DNA of 64,000 nucleotides from Escherichia coli (GTDB lineage Bacteria; Pseudomonadota; Gammaproteobacteria; Enterobacterales; Enterobacteriaceae): NCBI RefSeq assembly GCF_050320075.1, contig NZ_CP190018.1; one strand, 5' to 3'. Shown piece by piece: positions 42,990 to 52,761 of this stretch (position 1 is its first letter; each line of letters starts with the position of its first letter). The notes under the pieces were generated by a model. It saw only the letters and a program-made list of their open reading frames with translations, ran no database searches and was not told where the DNA came from. The position numbers and the translations under genes were made by a program.

Positions 42990-44105
42990 TTAATGCTGTT
43001 CCCCCTGGAGTGCTTTACTCTTCAGGTCAGCAAACATATCCGCCAGCGCTGACTTACTGGCAGCACAGACTCCCCGCTCAGTAATGAAGCCGGTAATGTA
43101 TCGGGCAGGCGTGACGTCGAAAGCGTAGTTCCCACAACGGGTTCCTTCAGGGGCGGTATTGACCCAGCTCAATTCTCCCTGAGGGTTTATCCCATAGACA
43201 TGGGACTGCTCTTTTCCGTCACGTTGCTCAATCGGAATGCTTTTTCCGTCCTCGATAGTCCAGTCAATAGTGGGAGAAGGTAACGCGACGTAGAAGGGAA
43301 CATGGTTATCATGGGCCGCCAGCGCCTTAAGATAGGTACCAATTTTATTACAGACATCCCCTCTGGCCGTGGTTCGATCGGTCCCAACAATGCAGAGATC
43401 AACGTCACCGTGTTGCATCAGGTGGCCACCCGCGTTGTCGGCGATCAGGGTGTGAGGAATACCGTGTGAGCCCAGTTCAAATGCCGTGAGTCCGCCCTGA
43501 TTACGTGGCCGCGTTTCATCCACCCAGACGTGAACAGGGATTCCGTTTTCATGCGCTTTGTAGATGGGAGAAAGCGCGGTTCCCCAGTCTACAGTCGCCA
43601 GCCAGCCTGCGTTACAATGTGTCAGGATATTGACCACACTCCCGGCCGGTTTTTTCTGGGCTATTTCGCGGATGACTTCTGTACCATGTAATCCAATTTG
43701 TTCACACAACGCGACATCTTCCTCGGCAATTTCTGCCGCCAGCGCCCAGGCCACATCCTTGCGCTCTGATACACAGAGATCCTTCAGTGTGTCTATCATC
43801 CTGTCGAGGGCCCATTTGAGATTAATTGCCGTTGGTCGGGTTTTGATAAGAAGGTCATAGTAACGCTGCAGACCCATGTCACTGGCATCGTGATTCATTC
43901 CCAGCGCGATGCCATAGGCTGCAACGACACCAATAAGCGGAGCGCCACGAACCCACATCTCCTGAATAGCCGTAGCGGCCATTTCCGCAGAGGTAAGCGC
44001 CACCACCTCGAACTTAAAAGGCAACTTAGTCTGATCGATGATTTCTACCGCTTTTCCATCCCCGGAAACCCAGACCGTACGATAGTGTTTACCTTTAATA
44101 TTCAT
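42990..44105 (-). CDS. mtnA: S-methyl-5-thioribose-1-phosphate isomerase (eIF2B-like family)
   Basis: 371 aa; MtnA/eIF-2B alpha/beta/delta family. Confidence 0.8.
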   Translation of the reverse strand: MNIKGKHYRTVWVSGDGKAVEIIDQTKLPFKFEVVALTSAEMAATAIQEMWVRGAPLIGVVAAYGIALGMNHDASDMGLQRYYDLLIKTRPTAINLKWALDRMIDTLKDLCVSERKDVAWALAAEIAEEDVALCEQIGLHGTEVIREIAQKKPAGSVVNILTHCNAGWLATVDWGTALSPIYKAHENGIPVHVWVDETRPRNQGGLTAFELGSHGIPHTLIADNAGGHLMQHGDVDLCIVGTDRTTARGDVCNKIGTYLKALAAHDNHVPFYVALPSPTIDWTIEDGKSIPIEQRDGKEQSHVYGINPQGELSWVNTAPEGTRCGNYAFDVTPARYITGFITERGVCAASKSALADMFADLKSKALQGEQH

Positions 44106-44114
44106 AATGACCTC

Positions 44115-45374
44115 TTACTTAACCTTCGCAGACTGGATGACGGAATCCATATTTTTAAACTGGCGGGCATTGACGATAAGATCGCGCGCCATGGTCAATG
44201 CACGTCGTTCACATCCTGCGCGAAGCTCTGTATTTTCAATCTGTTTCAGCTCGGCAACGCCAGCAAAACCAATGATCCGGCGATTCATTTCCATGCCGGC
44301 ATTCACCAGGGAATCTTCAAGCAGCGTGGCAAAAAACTGATCCTGTGCGTCCTCAAGAGCGGCCCTGTTCTGTTGATACATTTCTGTCGGCCACGCGTCG
44401 CCCTGTGTTTTGTTGTCCCAGAGCTGGCGGAACTCCCGGGTGAAAACGGACCAGGTTTGGACAATCTGCTGAAGCAGCCATTCCTGATAGTCAGCGCGAC
44501 GTTGCTCATTCGCATCCCACCCAGGGCGTGAGAAGTACGCCAGCAGGAGGTTGCCAATATAGTTGCCGATATCAAACGCCATTGGCCCCATGAAACCGAA
44601 CTCCGGATCAATCACTTTGGTATCCGTGTCGGTCACCATGATTGAGCCTGAATGAAGGTCGCCATGTAACAATGCCTGCGCTTCTGTCATAAATTTGTAC
44701 TTATAACGCATGGCAACCTGGATCATCTCTACATCAGCCCAGGCCTTATGGACGGCATCGTCCAGCTCAGGAGAAGTCCAGTTATTCCGTTCAGCGTTGT
44801 AATAGGGCTCTGTGAAGATCAGATCTTCCGTAATTTTGCACAGCTCATGATTCAACGCGAACTCGGCAGTAAGCGCTTTTTTCTGTTCTGCTGACATGCC
44901 AATGTCAGACGTATTGAAGAGAGTCTGTGCTAAAAATCTGCCGATATCTTCAGCTAGTTTAGGGAATTTTTTACCGTTAATCAGTTCCTTACGCAGAATC
45001 ACGTGAGGAGTCAGATACTCCATGGCAAACAGCGCCATTTCCGGGTCGTAAAAATAGACCTGCGGAATCAGTGTGTGACCCGCGTACTTGGCTTCCTGAC
45101 ATAAGACGTTGTACTCAAAGCCCGCACGGCTCAGAGATAAAGGCCATCCTTCGCCCCCTGCACGAAGCCAGGGCAGAGCTTGTTTTACAATGATGGTTTT
45201 ATGTGTCCCCTCAACGATAAACACCATGTTCAGGTTTCCGTCCCCCACTTCTGAAACTTTCCACTCTTCAGGTAACCCTCCCGGTTCGCATGAAGGGGTC
45301 AGTCTGGACGAGAGATAACCCGGCAGCGTGTCACATGTCAGCGGCTTGTAACCTGATGGAATTGAATCCGTCAT
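44115..45374 (-). CDS. mtnK: 5-methylthioribose kinase
   Basis: 419 aa; aminoglycoside-phosphotransferase-like kinase fold with HGDLHSGSIMV catalytic region. Confidence 0.8.
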   Translation of the reverse strand: MTDSIPSGYKPLTCDTLPGYLSSRLTPSCEPGGLPEEWKVSEVGDGNLNMVFIVEGTHKTIIVKQALPWLRAGGEGWPLSLSRAGFEYNVLCQEAKYAGHTLIPQVYFYDPEMALFAMEYLTPHVILRKELINGKKFPKLAEDIGRFLAQTLFNTSDIGMSAEQKKALTAEFALNHELCKITEDLIFTEPYYNAERNNWTSPELDDAVHKAWADVEMIQVAMRYKYKFMTEAQALLHGDLHSGSIMVTDTDTKVIDPEFGFMGPMAFDIGNYIGNLLLAYFSRPGWDANEQRRADYQEWLLQQIVQTWSVFTREFRQLWDNKTQGDAWPTEMYQQNRAALEDAQDQFFATLLEDSLVNAGMEMNRRIIGFAGVAELKQIENTELRAGCERRALTMARDLIVNARQFKNMDSVIQSAKVK

Positions 45375-45999
45375 AACAGTTCTCCTTGTCTACACAGAAT
45401 GATAATCAACTTGTCATGTGACAACTATACATTATCAAATGTAAAATTATTTGTGACACATGTAGATTTTTTGAACTGTATAATATTAAAAATGATGTCG
45501 TATGGAGTCATGATCTTTACAGGAATCAGCAGAGGAAAACATCTATTATTACCATGTAATTCATGTTGTTATGTCGCAACAATAGTACTGCACGGGGAAT
45601 TATTACGGGCAAACTTAGGCGAAAGGAAGTACTGAAGTGACAGAATAAATCACACTTTTTGTACATATGTACTTTTCTATTGTCTTTTGTTGTGGAAACA
45701 AATAGTGTTTGTCATGCCGATGCTAATAGACAGATAGATTCGAGGGCCAACAGCCCCATCATCATGATGGAGCAACAGAGGTGAGTCTAACGTTTCCGCA
45801 CTTCTTATCGATCGGCACTAACGATCAATATCGATAAACTGATCTATCAAAACGATTATCTTTCTTGCAACCTGCCTGGTTATCCTTCTCTTACATTGCT
45901 CGCAGAAAAGCCCTTTTATTACGGTTAGTTATCTAGCTGAGACTTGCTACGCCCATTTTCCATGTACCCCAAATCACGAGGTCACAAAGGCGCGGAAAG

Positions 46000-46167
46000 A
46001 TGAAGAGATGTGCACGTTGCAACAAAAAAAGAAGCGTCCTTGAACAGAGGCTCTCACTCGATAAAGAATTCTGCGACGAGTGCTTATTCGATATCGATGA
46101 GGAAATCAGGGAAAGAAGGATTATCACGATCAGACGCCTCAAAGATGACAACGAAAGAAAATCGTAG
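46000..46167 (+). CDS. Small (55 aa) zinc-ribbon-like ORF, not in the supplied ORF track
   Basis: ATG at 46000 after aaagg; translation MKRCARCNKKRSV...EFCDECLF has two CxxC pairs; hypothetical. Confidence 0.3.
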   Translation: MKRCARCNKKRSVLEQRLSLDKEFCDECLFDIDEEIRERRIITIRRLKDDNERKS

Positions 46168-46173
46168 CTCAAT

Positions 46174-46786
46174 ATGAAAAATGGAATCGATGTCAGCGTC
46201 ATTATCCCTGCTTACAACGCCGCTGAAACCAGCGTTAGTTTGGTTACTAAAATCCTCAGTGAACCCCACTTGGCTATTGAACTTATCATTGTCGATGACG
46301 GTTCTACTGATGAAACTGGCAACGTTCTTCGTCAAATCCACGATGATCGGCTCATTCTCATTGAGCAGGCCAATCAAGGTGTCTATGCCGCCCGAAATGC
46401 TGCTCTAGCCTTGCACCAAGGAGAATAGGTTATATTCCTTGATGCGGACGACGATATAGCAGATGGGTTCATAGAAAAAAGATGGCAGGCAGTTAGTACG
46501 TCGCAAGCCGACGTCATGATCTTTAATGGCTGGCATTCCTGTGCTGACCAACATCGAAGAGCGGTTCACAAAAAGCAGCCCTATGGTACGCCTCTGTCAG
46601 GTTATTAATGGATTAGACACTGTGTTACACACCGCGAATGGCCGCATTATCTGTGGCTGCAGATGGTCAGGCCATCCTATGTCAGGCAGCATTCACTGCG
46701 CTTCCAGTCCGGCAGGAGCCATAAAGACATTTTTTAAACGGTTCATCTTGCAGCGAGCAATGGTTGATTCTGTACATTGGATATAA
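46174..46786 (+). pseudogene. Family 2 glycosyltransferase gene, frameshifted/truncated
   Basis: ORF 46174-46428 carries the GT2 N-terminus (VSVIIPAYNA, IIVDDGSTD); the continuation (FLDADDD) resumes in another frame in ORF 46526-46786. Confidence 0.6.
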
Positions 46787-47531
46787 AGGACTATATCTAT
46801 ATCAACAATAAGGCCTCTATCACACATCGGCCGGATTACTACGTTGTTCGTGCTATAAACTATGTTGAAGTGATCGCGAAAATCATCCAAGTAGCGGAAC
46901 AAGAACAAAACAAAAAATAAAGGTATTTTTGTACCGGCATGCGCTGGTAGAGGCACGTCATTTTTTGGGACTCTACCGCAATCGCGTTGGGGATAAATCG
47001 GGCATGAAGGACTGCTTCAAAGCGAACATATTCGCAGCCCATTTATTCAGAGGTATCAGCAGTTTTAGCGATGTGTTTTTCTTTATTAAGCTGCTGGGCA
47101 AGCTATTCTGATAAGTTGTGCGTTGCTACACGACACCAGCGCACAGCTTAATTTCACGCTTTCTGACTAAATTGTTCAGGCCTTTTCTATAGGTGCAAAC
47201 ACAACTCCCCGTACTTTCCTCTTCCAACTCAAAATCATCGCACCTTGCTGACCCAAGAAGGGAGCATACCCTGCACTAGTATCCGCACAGCTAATACTCT
47301 ATTGATACCAACAACGCTTCAGCACAACAAAGTAACTCGATAATCACAACTCAAAGTGAAGATGCCAAAAACTCGTTTGAGAGCAATAAATTCAATAACA
47401 TGAAAAAAATGTATTTTGCATTGAAAATCTTACTTATTGCGCTTGGCTACAATTGCATGCTTGGTAATATAGATTATAAAACACCAGACTAGCTGCCTGG
47501 TAAGTAATGTAATAGCAGAGGAAATATCACG

Positions 47532-49607
47532 ATGGATCTTGTAGATAGTGTCGAAGCAGGTAAGCTGACGATCAGTGAATTGATTGATGCCCTGGCGAAA
47601 GATAAAAATTACTCAGCTTCCAAGTGGGATCAGCGATACCGTGAATTTACGACCTTGCTACAACAAACCTCAACTTTTTCTGAACCTGAAACGGATGGTT
47701 TAGTCAAGAGGCTCTGGTATGAACGCGATAACGGTATTGCCAGTATTCGCCAGGGCGTTCCATCCTTAGCAGAATATCAGCAAAGCCTGCCACTGCTTAG
47801 AGAACTAACTGAACGAATTCGGCAACAGCCGGATGAAGAAACTTACCAATATGTTGGCAATGCACTACAACAAGCTAAAGAAAACGGACTTCTCAAGCGT
47901 ATGTATAGGAGTTTGAGAAATCGCGTCTTTGCCGCGTTCTCGCCAGAAAACTACACCAGTACTGTGGATGAGAATGCTTTTAGTAAAGCAGCAGAATTCC
48001 TAAATCAGCACTTCCATCTCGGTCTGGCACTGACCGGAAATTGGTTACAGAAAAACTATGAATTGAAACAAGCCATACACGCCCAATCTCCTGACACAGA
48101 TCCTTATTACGTGAATATGGCCATCTGGCATCTCTATGAATTGCTCCGTGAACGCGATAATGAACAAAAGCAGGAGAAAATAGCGAGCACTACATTCATA
48201 ACCAGCAATGAGCCCATCGAGAACAAGATCATCCTACATTCACCAACTAACGTGATCTTCTTTGGCCCCCCTGGCACTGGCAAAACCTTCAGGTTGCAGC
48301 AAAAAATGAAAGAGTACACTTCTCATGCTGTTCCAGCTGATCGTGATGCCTGGCTGGATTCTCGCCTTGAATCGTTGAATTGGATGCAGGTTATAACGCT
48401 GGTGCTGCTCGATCTTGGGAAACGAGCCAAAGTTCGCCAAATTATTGAACATATGTGGTTTCAACGTAAGGCATTATTAAACGGTCGTAATGGCAACCTA
48501 TCGAATACAGCCTGGGCAGCTTTGCAATCCTATACAGTTCCCGAGTCGTTAACCGTTGATTATAAGAATCGGCGTGAGCCTGCCGTATTTAACAAAACAG
48601 ATAACAGCGAATGGTTGCTAGTTGATTCACAGCTCGAGCAAGTGGAGGATTTGGTAGAGCTCTACGCCGAACTTAAACGAGGCCCTAAATCTGCCGAAGC
48701 CATCCAGCGTTTTGCGGTGGTTACGTTCCACCAATCTTACGGCTATGAAGAATTTATTGAAGGTATACGCGCTCGCTCTGACGAGAGTGGCAATATCTCT
48801 TATCCCATTGAGCCGGGTATCTTTATGCGCCTTTCCCAACGTGCCAATGCCGATCCAGGACATCGCTACGCCATTTTCATTGATGAGATCAATCGCGGTA
48901 ACATATCCAAGATCTTTGGTGAACTAATCTCACTCATTGAAGTAGACAAGCGTGCAGGCATGCCCAATGCAATGAGCCTACAACTGGCTTATAGCGGTGA
49001 TCACTTCAGCGTACCCGCCAATGTCGATATCATCGGAGCCATGAATACAGCGGACCGTTCTTTAGCTCTGATGGACACGGCTTTGCGCCGTCGCTTTGAC
49101 TTTGTCGAAATGATGCCCGATCTCTCTTTACTGAGTGGAGCTAAGGTGAAAGGCATAGAGCTCGAGTCGTTGTTAGAGAAACTCAATAGCCGCATCGAGG
49201 CTCTTTACGATCGTGAACATACGCTGGGGCATGCGTTCTTTATGCCGGTAAAAAATGCACTCGATGCCGGTGATGAAGAAGCTGCGTTTAAACAATTGAA
49301 GATCGCATTCCAGAAAAAGATCATTCCGCTTTTACAGGAATACTTTTTCGATGACTGGAACAAGATCCGGTTGGTGCTGGCAGACAATCAAAAGCAAGAC
49401 GACAACCTGCAATTCGTGATTGAGAAAACCGACGATCTCGATACGCTTTTTGGTAACAACCATGGTTTACGACACCATGATCAGCAATCAACAGCTTACG
49501 AACTCAAAGATTTCGATCAAGAGATCTGGAATATTCCACAGGCTTATCGTTCAATTTATCAGCCCCAGCAGACTCCCCTTGATGAGCAGGCTGTAAATCA
49601 TGGGTGA
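47532..49607 (+). CDS. McrB-like GTPase subunit of a type IV restriction system, with a 230-aa N-terminal domain of unrecognised family
   Basis: 691 aa; Walker A GPPGTGKT, Walker B FIDEINRGN, McrB signature MNTADRS and C-terminal LLQEYFFDDW; N-terminal third unlike the E. coli K-12 McrB DNA-binding domain. Confidence 0.75.
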   Translation: MDLVDSVEAGKLTISELIDALAKDKNYSASKWDQRYREFTTLLQQTSTFSEPETDGLVKRLWYERDNGIASIRQGVPSLAEYQQSLPLLRELTERIRQQPDEETYQYVGNALQQAKENGLLKRMYRSLRNRVFAAFSPENYTSTVDENAFSKAAEFLNQHFHLGLALTGNWLQKNYELKQAIHAQSPDTDPYYVNMAIWHLYELLRERDNEQKQEKIASTTFITSNEPIENKIILHSPTNVIFFGPPGTGKTFRLQQKMKEYTSHAVPADRDAWLDSRLESLNWMQVITLVLLDLGKRAKVRQIIEHMWFQRKALLNGRNGNLSNTAWAALQSYTVPESLTVDYKNRREPAVFNKTDNSEWLLVDSQLEQVEDLVELYAELKRGPKSAEAIQRFAVVTFHQSYGYEEFIEGIRARSDESGNISYPIEPGIFMRLSQRANADPGHRYAIFIDEINRGNISKIFGELISLIEVDKRAGMPNAMSLQLAYSGDHFSVPANVDIIGAMNTADRSLALMDTALRRRFDFVEMMPDLSLLSGAKVKGIELESLLEKLNSRIEALYDREHTLGHAFFMPVKNALDAGDEEAAFKQLKIAFQKKIIPLLQEYFFDDWNKIRLVLADNQKQDDNLQFVIEKTDDLDTLFGNNHGLRHHDQQSTAYELKDFDQEIWNIPQAYRSIYQPQQTPLDEQAVNHG

Positions 49608-50886
49608 AGTTATCTCCGTTTTTGAATATGACCTATTGGGGAGTGACAAAGCGGCTTCAGTTGGCGCAAAACTGGTGCCTCCACTGGTCTTTAATTATTT
49701 AGAAGCGCTTAGCTTGGCAAGTAATCAAGGGAGCCAGTTCCTCAAACTCACCTCTCGCTCAGGCTTCAAATTGCTTCAGGTTCAAAACTACGCGGGGATG
49801 CTTTCAACACCTCACGGTTTCCAGCTTGAGATACTGCCCAAGGTTGGTAAAAACCTCACAGCGGCTAATGCACGTCAAACATTACTGACGATGCTAAGCC
49901 ATTTGCCTGGGTTTCGACATATTGAAACTCAGCAAGCCACTCTTCAGGCTCAGCGTATGCCTTTGCTTGAGATTTTTATTCACCAGTTTTTGCATAGCGT
50001 TAGCCAATTACTTAAACAAGGTTTACGCTCCGACTATGTGAGCGAGCAAGGTAATCTGGCTTTTATGAAGGGCAAGCTGATGCTTTCTGCACAGCTGCGA
50101 CATAACGCGGTGAATCGCCATAAGTTTTGTGTCGATTATGATGACTACATGCCTGATTGTGCAGCCAATCGGCTCTTACACTCCGCGCTAGATAAGCTTC
50201 TTAGTCTAAAGCTGTCATCAGAGAATCAACGCTGGCTTTACGAACTGCGCTTTGCGTTTGACGGTATTCCACTTAGCCGGGATATTGAACGTGATATAAA
50301 CAACTTACGCCTCGAGCGTGGTATGGCTCATTACAACGAGCCAATGGCGTGGGCGCAATTGATCCTGAGAGGAATGAGTCCGAGTGCTTTGCAGGGAAAC
50401 ACCAAAGCGATATCACTTTTGTTCCCTATGGAAGCGGTATTTGAATCCTTTGTGGCACAGACCCTACCCTACGAATTACCTTCTCATCTCAAAGTAATAC
50501 CACAAGCGGCTACTTATTCTCTTGTGAAGCACGGGTCTAACGATTGCTTTAAACTTCGGCCGGATTTGTTGATTCAGTCACGTCGACCGGTACAAACCAA
50601 ATTGGTGATGGACACAAAATGGAAGCTAATAAATAGCAACTCCCAAAAAACAACACAGTATGGGCTAGCGCAAGCCGACTTCTATCAAATGTTTGCCTAC
50701 GGTCAAAAATACCTAAATGGGATTGGCGAAATGTACTTAATCTATCCTGCGCATGATCAATTTAACCAACCGATACAGCAGCATTTTGCTTTCTCTAAAA
50801 CATTAAAACTATGGGTTGTTCCGTACCAGATAACAGCAAACCGCGGGGAGAGGATGATGTGGGTGAAGGATGTGTCCAGTATATAA
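49600..50886 (+). CDS. McrC-like nuclease subunit (PD-D/ExK)
   Basis: 428 aa; start overlaps the upstream stop (ATGGGTGA); C-terminal RPDLL...VMDTKWK nuclease motif. Confidence 0.7.
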   Translation: MGEVISVFEYDLLGSDKAASVGAKLVPPLVFNYLEALSLASNQGSQFLKLTSRSGFKLLQVQNYAGMLSTPHGFQLEILPKVGKNLTAANARQTLLTMLSHLPGFRHIETQQATLQAQRMPLLEIFIHQFLHSVSQLLKQGLRSDYVSEQGNLAFMKGKLMLSAQLRHNAVNRHKFCVDYDDYMPDCAANRLLHSALDKLLSLKLSSENQRWLYELRFAFDGIPLSRDIERDINNLRLERGMAHYNEPMAWAQLILRGMSPSALQGNTKAISLLFPMEAVFESFVAQTLPYELPSHLKVIPQAATYSLVKHGSNDCFKLRPDLLIQSRRPVQTKLVMDTKWKLINSNSQKTTQYGLAQADFYQMFAYGQKYLNGIGEMYLIYPAHDQFNQPIQQHFAFSKTLKLWVVPYQITANRGERMMWVKDVSSI

Positions 50887-50928
50887 ATTTCTAGCCAAGC
50901 TGGCGATGAACCAGTCCTCTAAAAAATG

Positions 50929-50934
50929 GGTATA
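50929..50934 (+). promoter_or_regulatory. Candidate -10 element (TGgGTATAAT extended -10) upstream of the HNH nuclease gene
   Basis: consensus TATAAT about 60 bp upstream of the ATG at 50996 in an AT-rich intergenic stretch. Confidence 0.4.
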
Positions 50935-50995
50935 ATCATAGTTTATTTACTAATTAAATTAATATAAAGTAATTACTTTATTATATGGAGAATTT

Positions 50996-52735
50996 ATGAA
51001 AATGGGAAAAATTGCAGTTACTCCTAATAATGATAAAGCAGCCAGCCACTCTAAAGATGAAAATTTAGCCACAAATACAATTAAGAAAAACGTAAAACCT
51101 AAATATGGCGATGCGGCATTTTTAGAGTACACTCGACTAATAGTTAACCACCCGAATTATTTTGGAATGCCAGATCCCTTTGGGGAAAAAGGTGAGATTC
51201 AATGGGAAGCTCCATCAAATAGGGCATCGGGGAAATTTAAACACACTCATCAACGGCGCTATGAATGGTGGAAAAATAAAGCCAGAAGTATTGGGATAGA
51301 CCCTGACACTGAAAAAGCATGGATTAGTAAAACAGCTAAACTAATTCATCCACTTGGAGTTAAACCATGCAAGAAATGCGGTAAAGAAATGGAATTATCT
51401 TACTCCTACCCAAATGAGCATTTCTTTTCTCGGGTTAGGAAACTTAATTATATAGATGAGACTTTTGAGCTATCTCAAAATGAACACATAGTTGATTTGT
51501 TGACTCGTTTAGATGATAGATTTGGTGAAAGAATATATTTAGATTTACCACATTTATTTTCTACAAAATCCATCACGATTCCAGATATTTCAAGCAATCT
51601 CGAAGCATGGATTGAGTATCTAAAAGAACAATACATACCTCAAGAATCACGTATGCTTAGCCCTGGAGCCATGGCAAATCCTCCAGATCGTTTTGATGGA
51701 TTTCATTCATTTAACCGCTGTTGTCGCTCTATTGCTGATAAAGGAAGGACCAAAGAAAATCTTAAATCTTATGTTACTGACAGAAGAGTTTTCGAATATT
51801 GGGTGGATGGTGATTGGGTAGCGGCAGACAGGCTAATGGGCCAAGTTAGAACAAATAATATATTTATTAACGAGGAATGTTTGAATGCCGGAAATGGTGG
51901 TTTACATCCAACTCCTTGCCAAGCAGATCACATTGGCCCAATCTCACTAGGGTTTTCCCATCGCCCACAATTTCAACTACTTTGCAAATCATGTAATAGT
52001 GCCAAAAACAATCGTATGTATTTAAGTGATATAATCTCTTTATTAGAAGCTGAGAATGAAGGTCATACGGTTATTTCATGGTTCGCAGAAGAAGTATGGA
52101 ATCGACTAAAACACTCTGTAGATGATAGTGAAAAAGCCTTAAGACTAAGTAAAATACTACGTGATAATAGACATACATATATGAATCTTCTTAAAAAAAT
52201 AATGGATGAAGGTTATTATACTTTCCTTGCAAGTCTTTTACATCTTGAGGTAGCCAATTATAACCCAATATTTGAGGGATTATGCATTTCAAATCATTTA
52301 ACTCATTATAAATCATTAAAAAAAATAAAACGTGAATCAAAATATGCTGCTGTGCAAAAAACAAGACGAATCAGAATAGCATTTACTTCATTGAATGATT
52401 ATCATAGAAAAGAAAATCGGAACGCATTTATTGTATCAAATGAATTATCTGAGAAGTTTTTCTCTGAAGCTATGGATAATTTAAAATCATTAAGTGAAAT
52501 TACATCTTGCTTAGATGAAAAAATATCCGGAATAATATCTGAGAATTCAGATTCAAAAAATGAATTTCGAACAATCATTACAGATCTACGAGAAATAGTG
52601 ACAAACAATAAAGAAAAATTCAACTTGATATTAAAATATCTAATATCAGGGATGAGCGAAATAGGAAAAGAACTGGAATCATATTGGGAAAATGATCGTT
52701 ATGTTCGCTCAATCCCAGAAGAATTTATAGAGTAA
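50996..52735 (+). CDS. Putative restriction endonuclease with an HNH (HNN-variant) nuclease motif
   Basis: 579 aa; motif CQADHIGPISLGF...LLCKSCNSAKNN at about aa 308-340 (nt 51917-52015); convergent with two methyltransferase genes; strongly AT-rich coding sequence. Confidence 0.6.
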   Translation: MKMGKIAVTPNNDKAASHSKDENLATNTIKKNVKPKYGDAAFLEYTRLIVNHPNYFGMPDPFGEKGEIQWEAPSNRASGKFKHTHQRRYEWWKNKARSIGIDPDTEKAWISKTAKLIHPLGVKPCKKCGKEMELSYSYPNEHFFSRVRKLNYIDETFELSQNEHIVDLLTRLDDRFGERIYLDLPHLFSTKSITIPDISSNLEAWIEYLKEQYIPQESRMLSPGAMANPPDRFDGFHSFNRCCRSIADKGRTKENLKSYVTDRRVFEYWVDGDWVAADRLMGQVRTNNIFINEECLNAGNGGLHPTPCQADHIGPISLGFSHRPQFQLLCKSCNSAKNNRMYLSDIISLLEAENEGHTVISWFAEEVWNRLKHSVDDSEKALRLSKILRDNRHTYMNLLKKIMDEGYYTFLASLLHLEVANYNPIFEGLCISNHLTHYKSLKKIKRESKYAAVQKTRRIRIAFTSLNDYHRKENRNAFIVSNELSEKFFSEAMDNLKSLSEITSCLDEKISGIISENSDSKNEFRTIITDLREIVTNNKEKFNLILKYLISGMSEIGKELESYWENDRYVRSIPEEFIE

Positions 52736-52740
52736 GACAT

Positions 52741-52761
52741 AGCCCTCTTATAAAGAGGGCT
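52741..52761. terminator. Bidirectional hairpin (agccctctt-ata-aagagggct) between the convergent nuclease and methyltransferase genes
   Basis: 9-bp perfect stem, 3-nt loop, flanked by T/A tracts on both strands; overlaps the methyltransferase stop. Confidence 0.6.
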
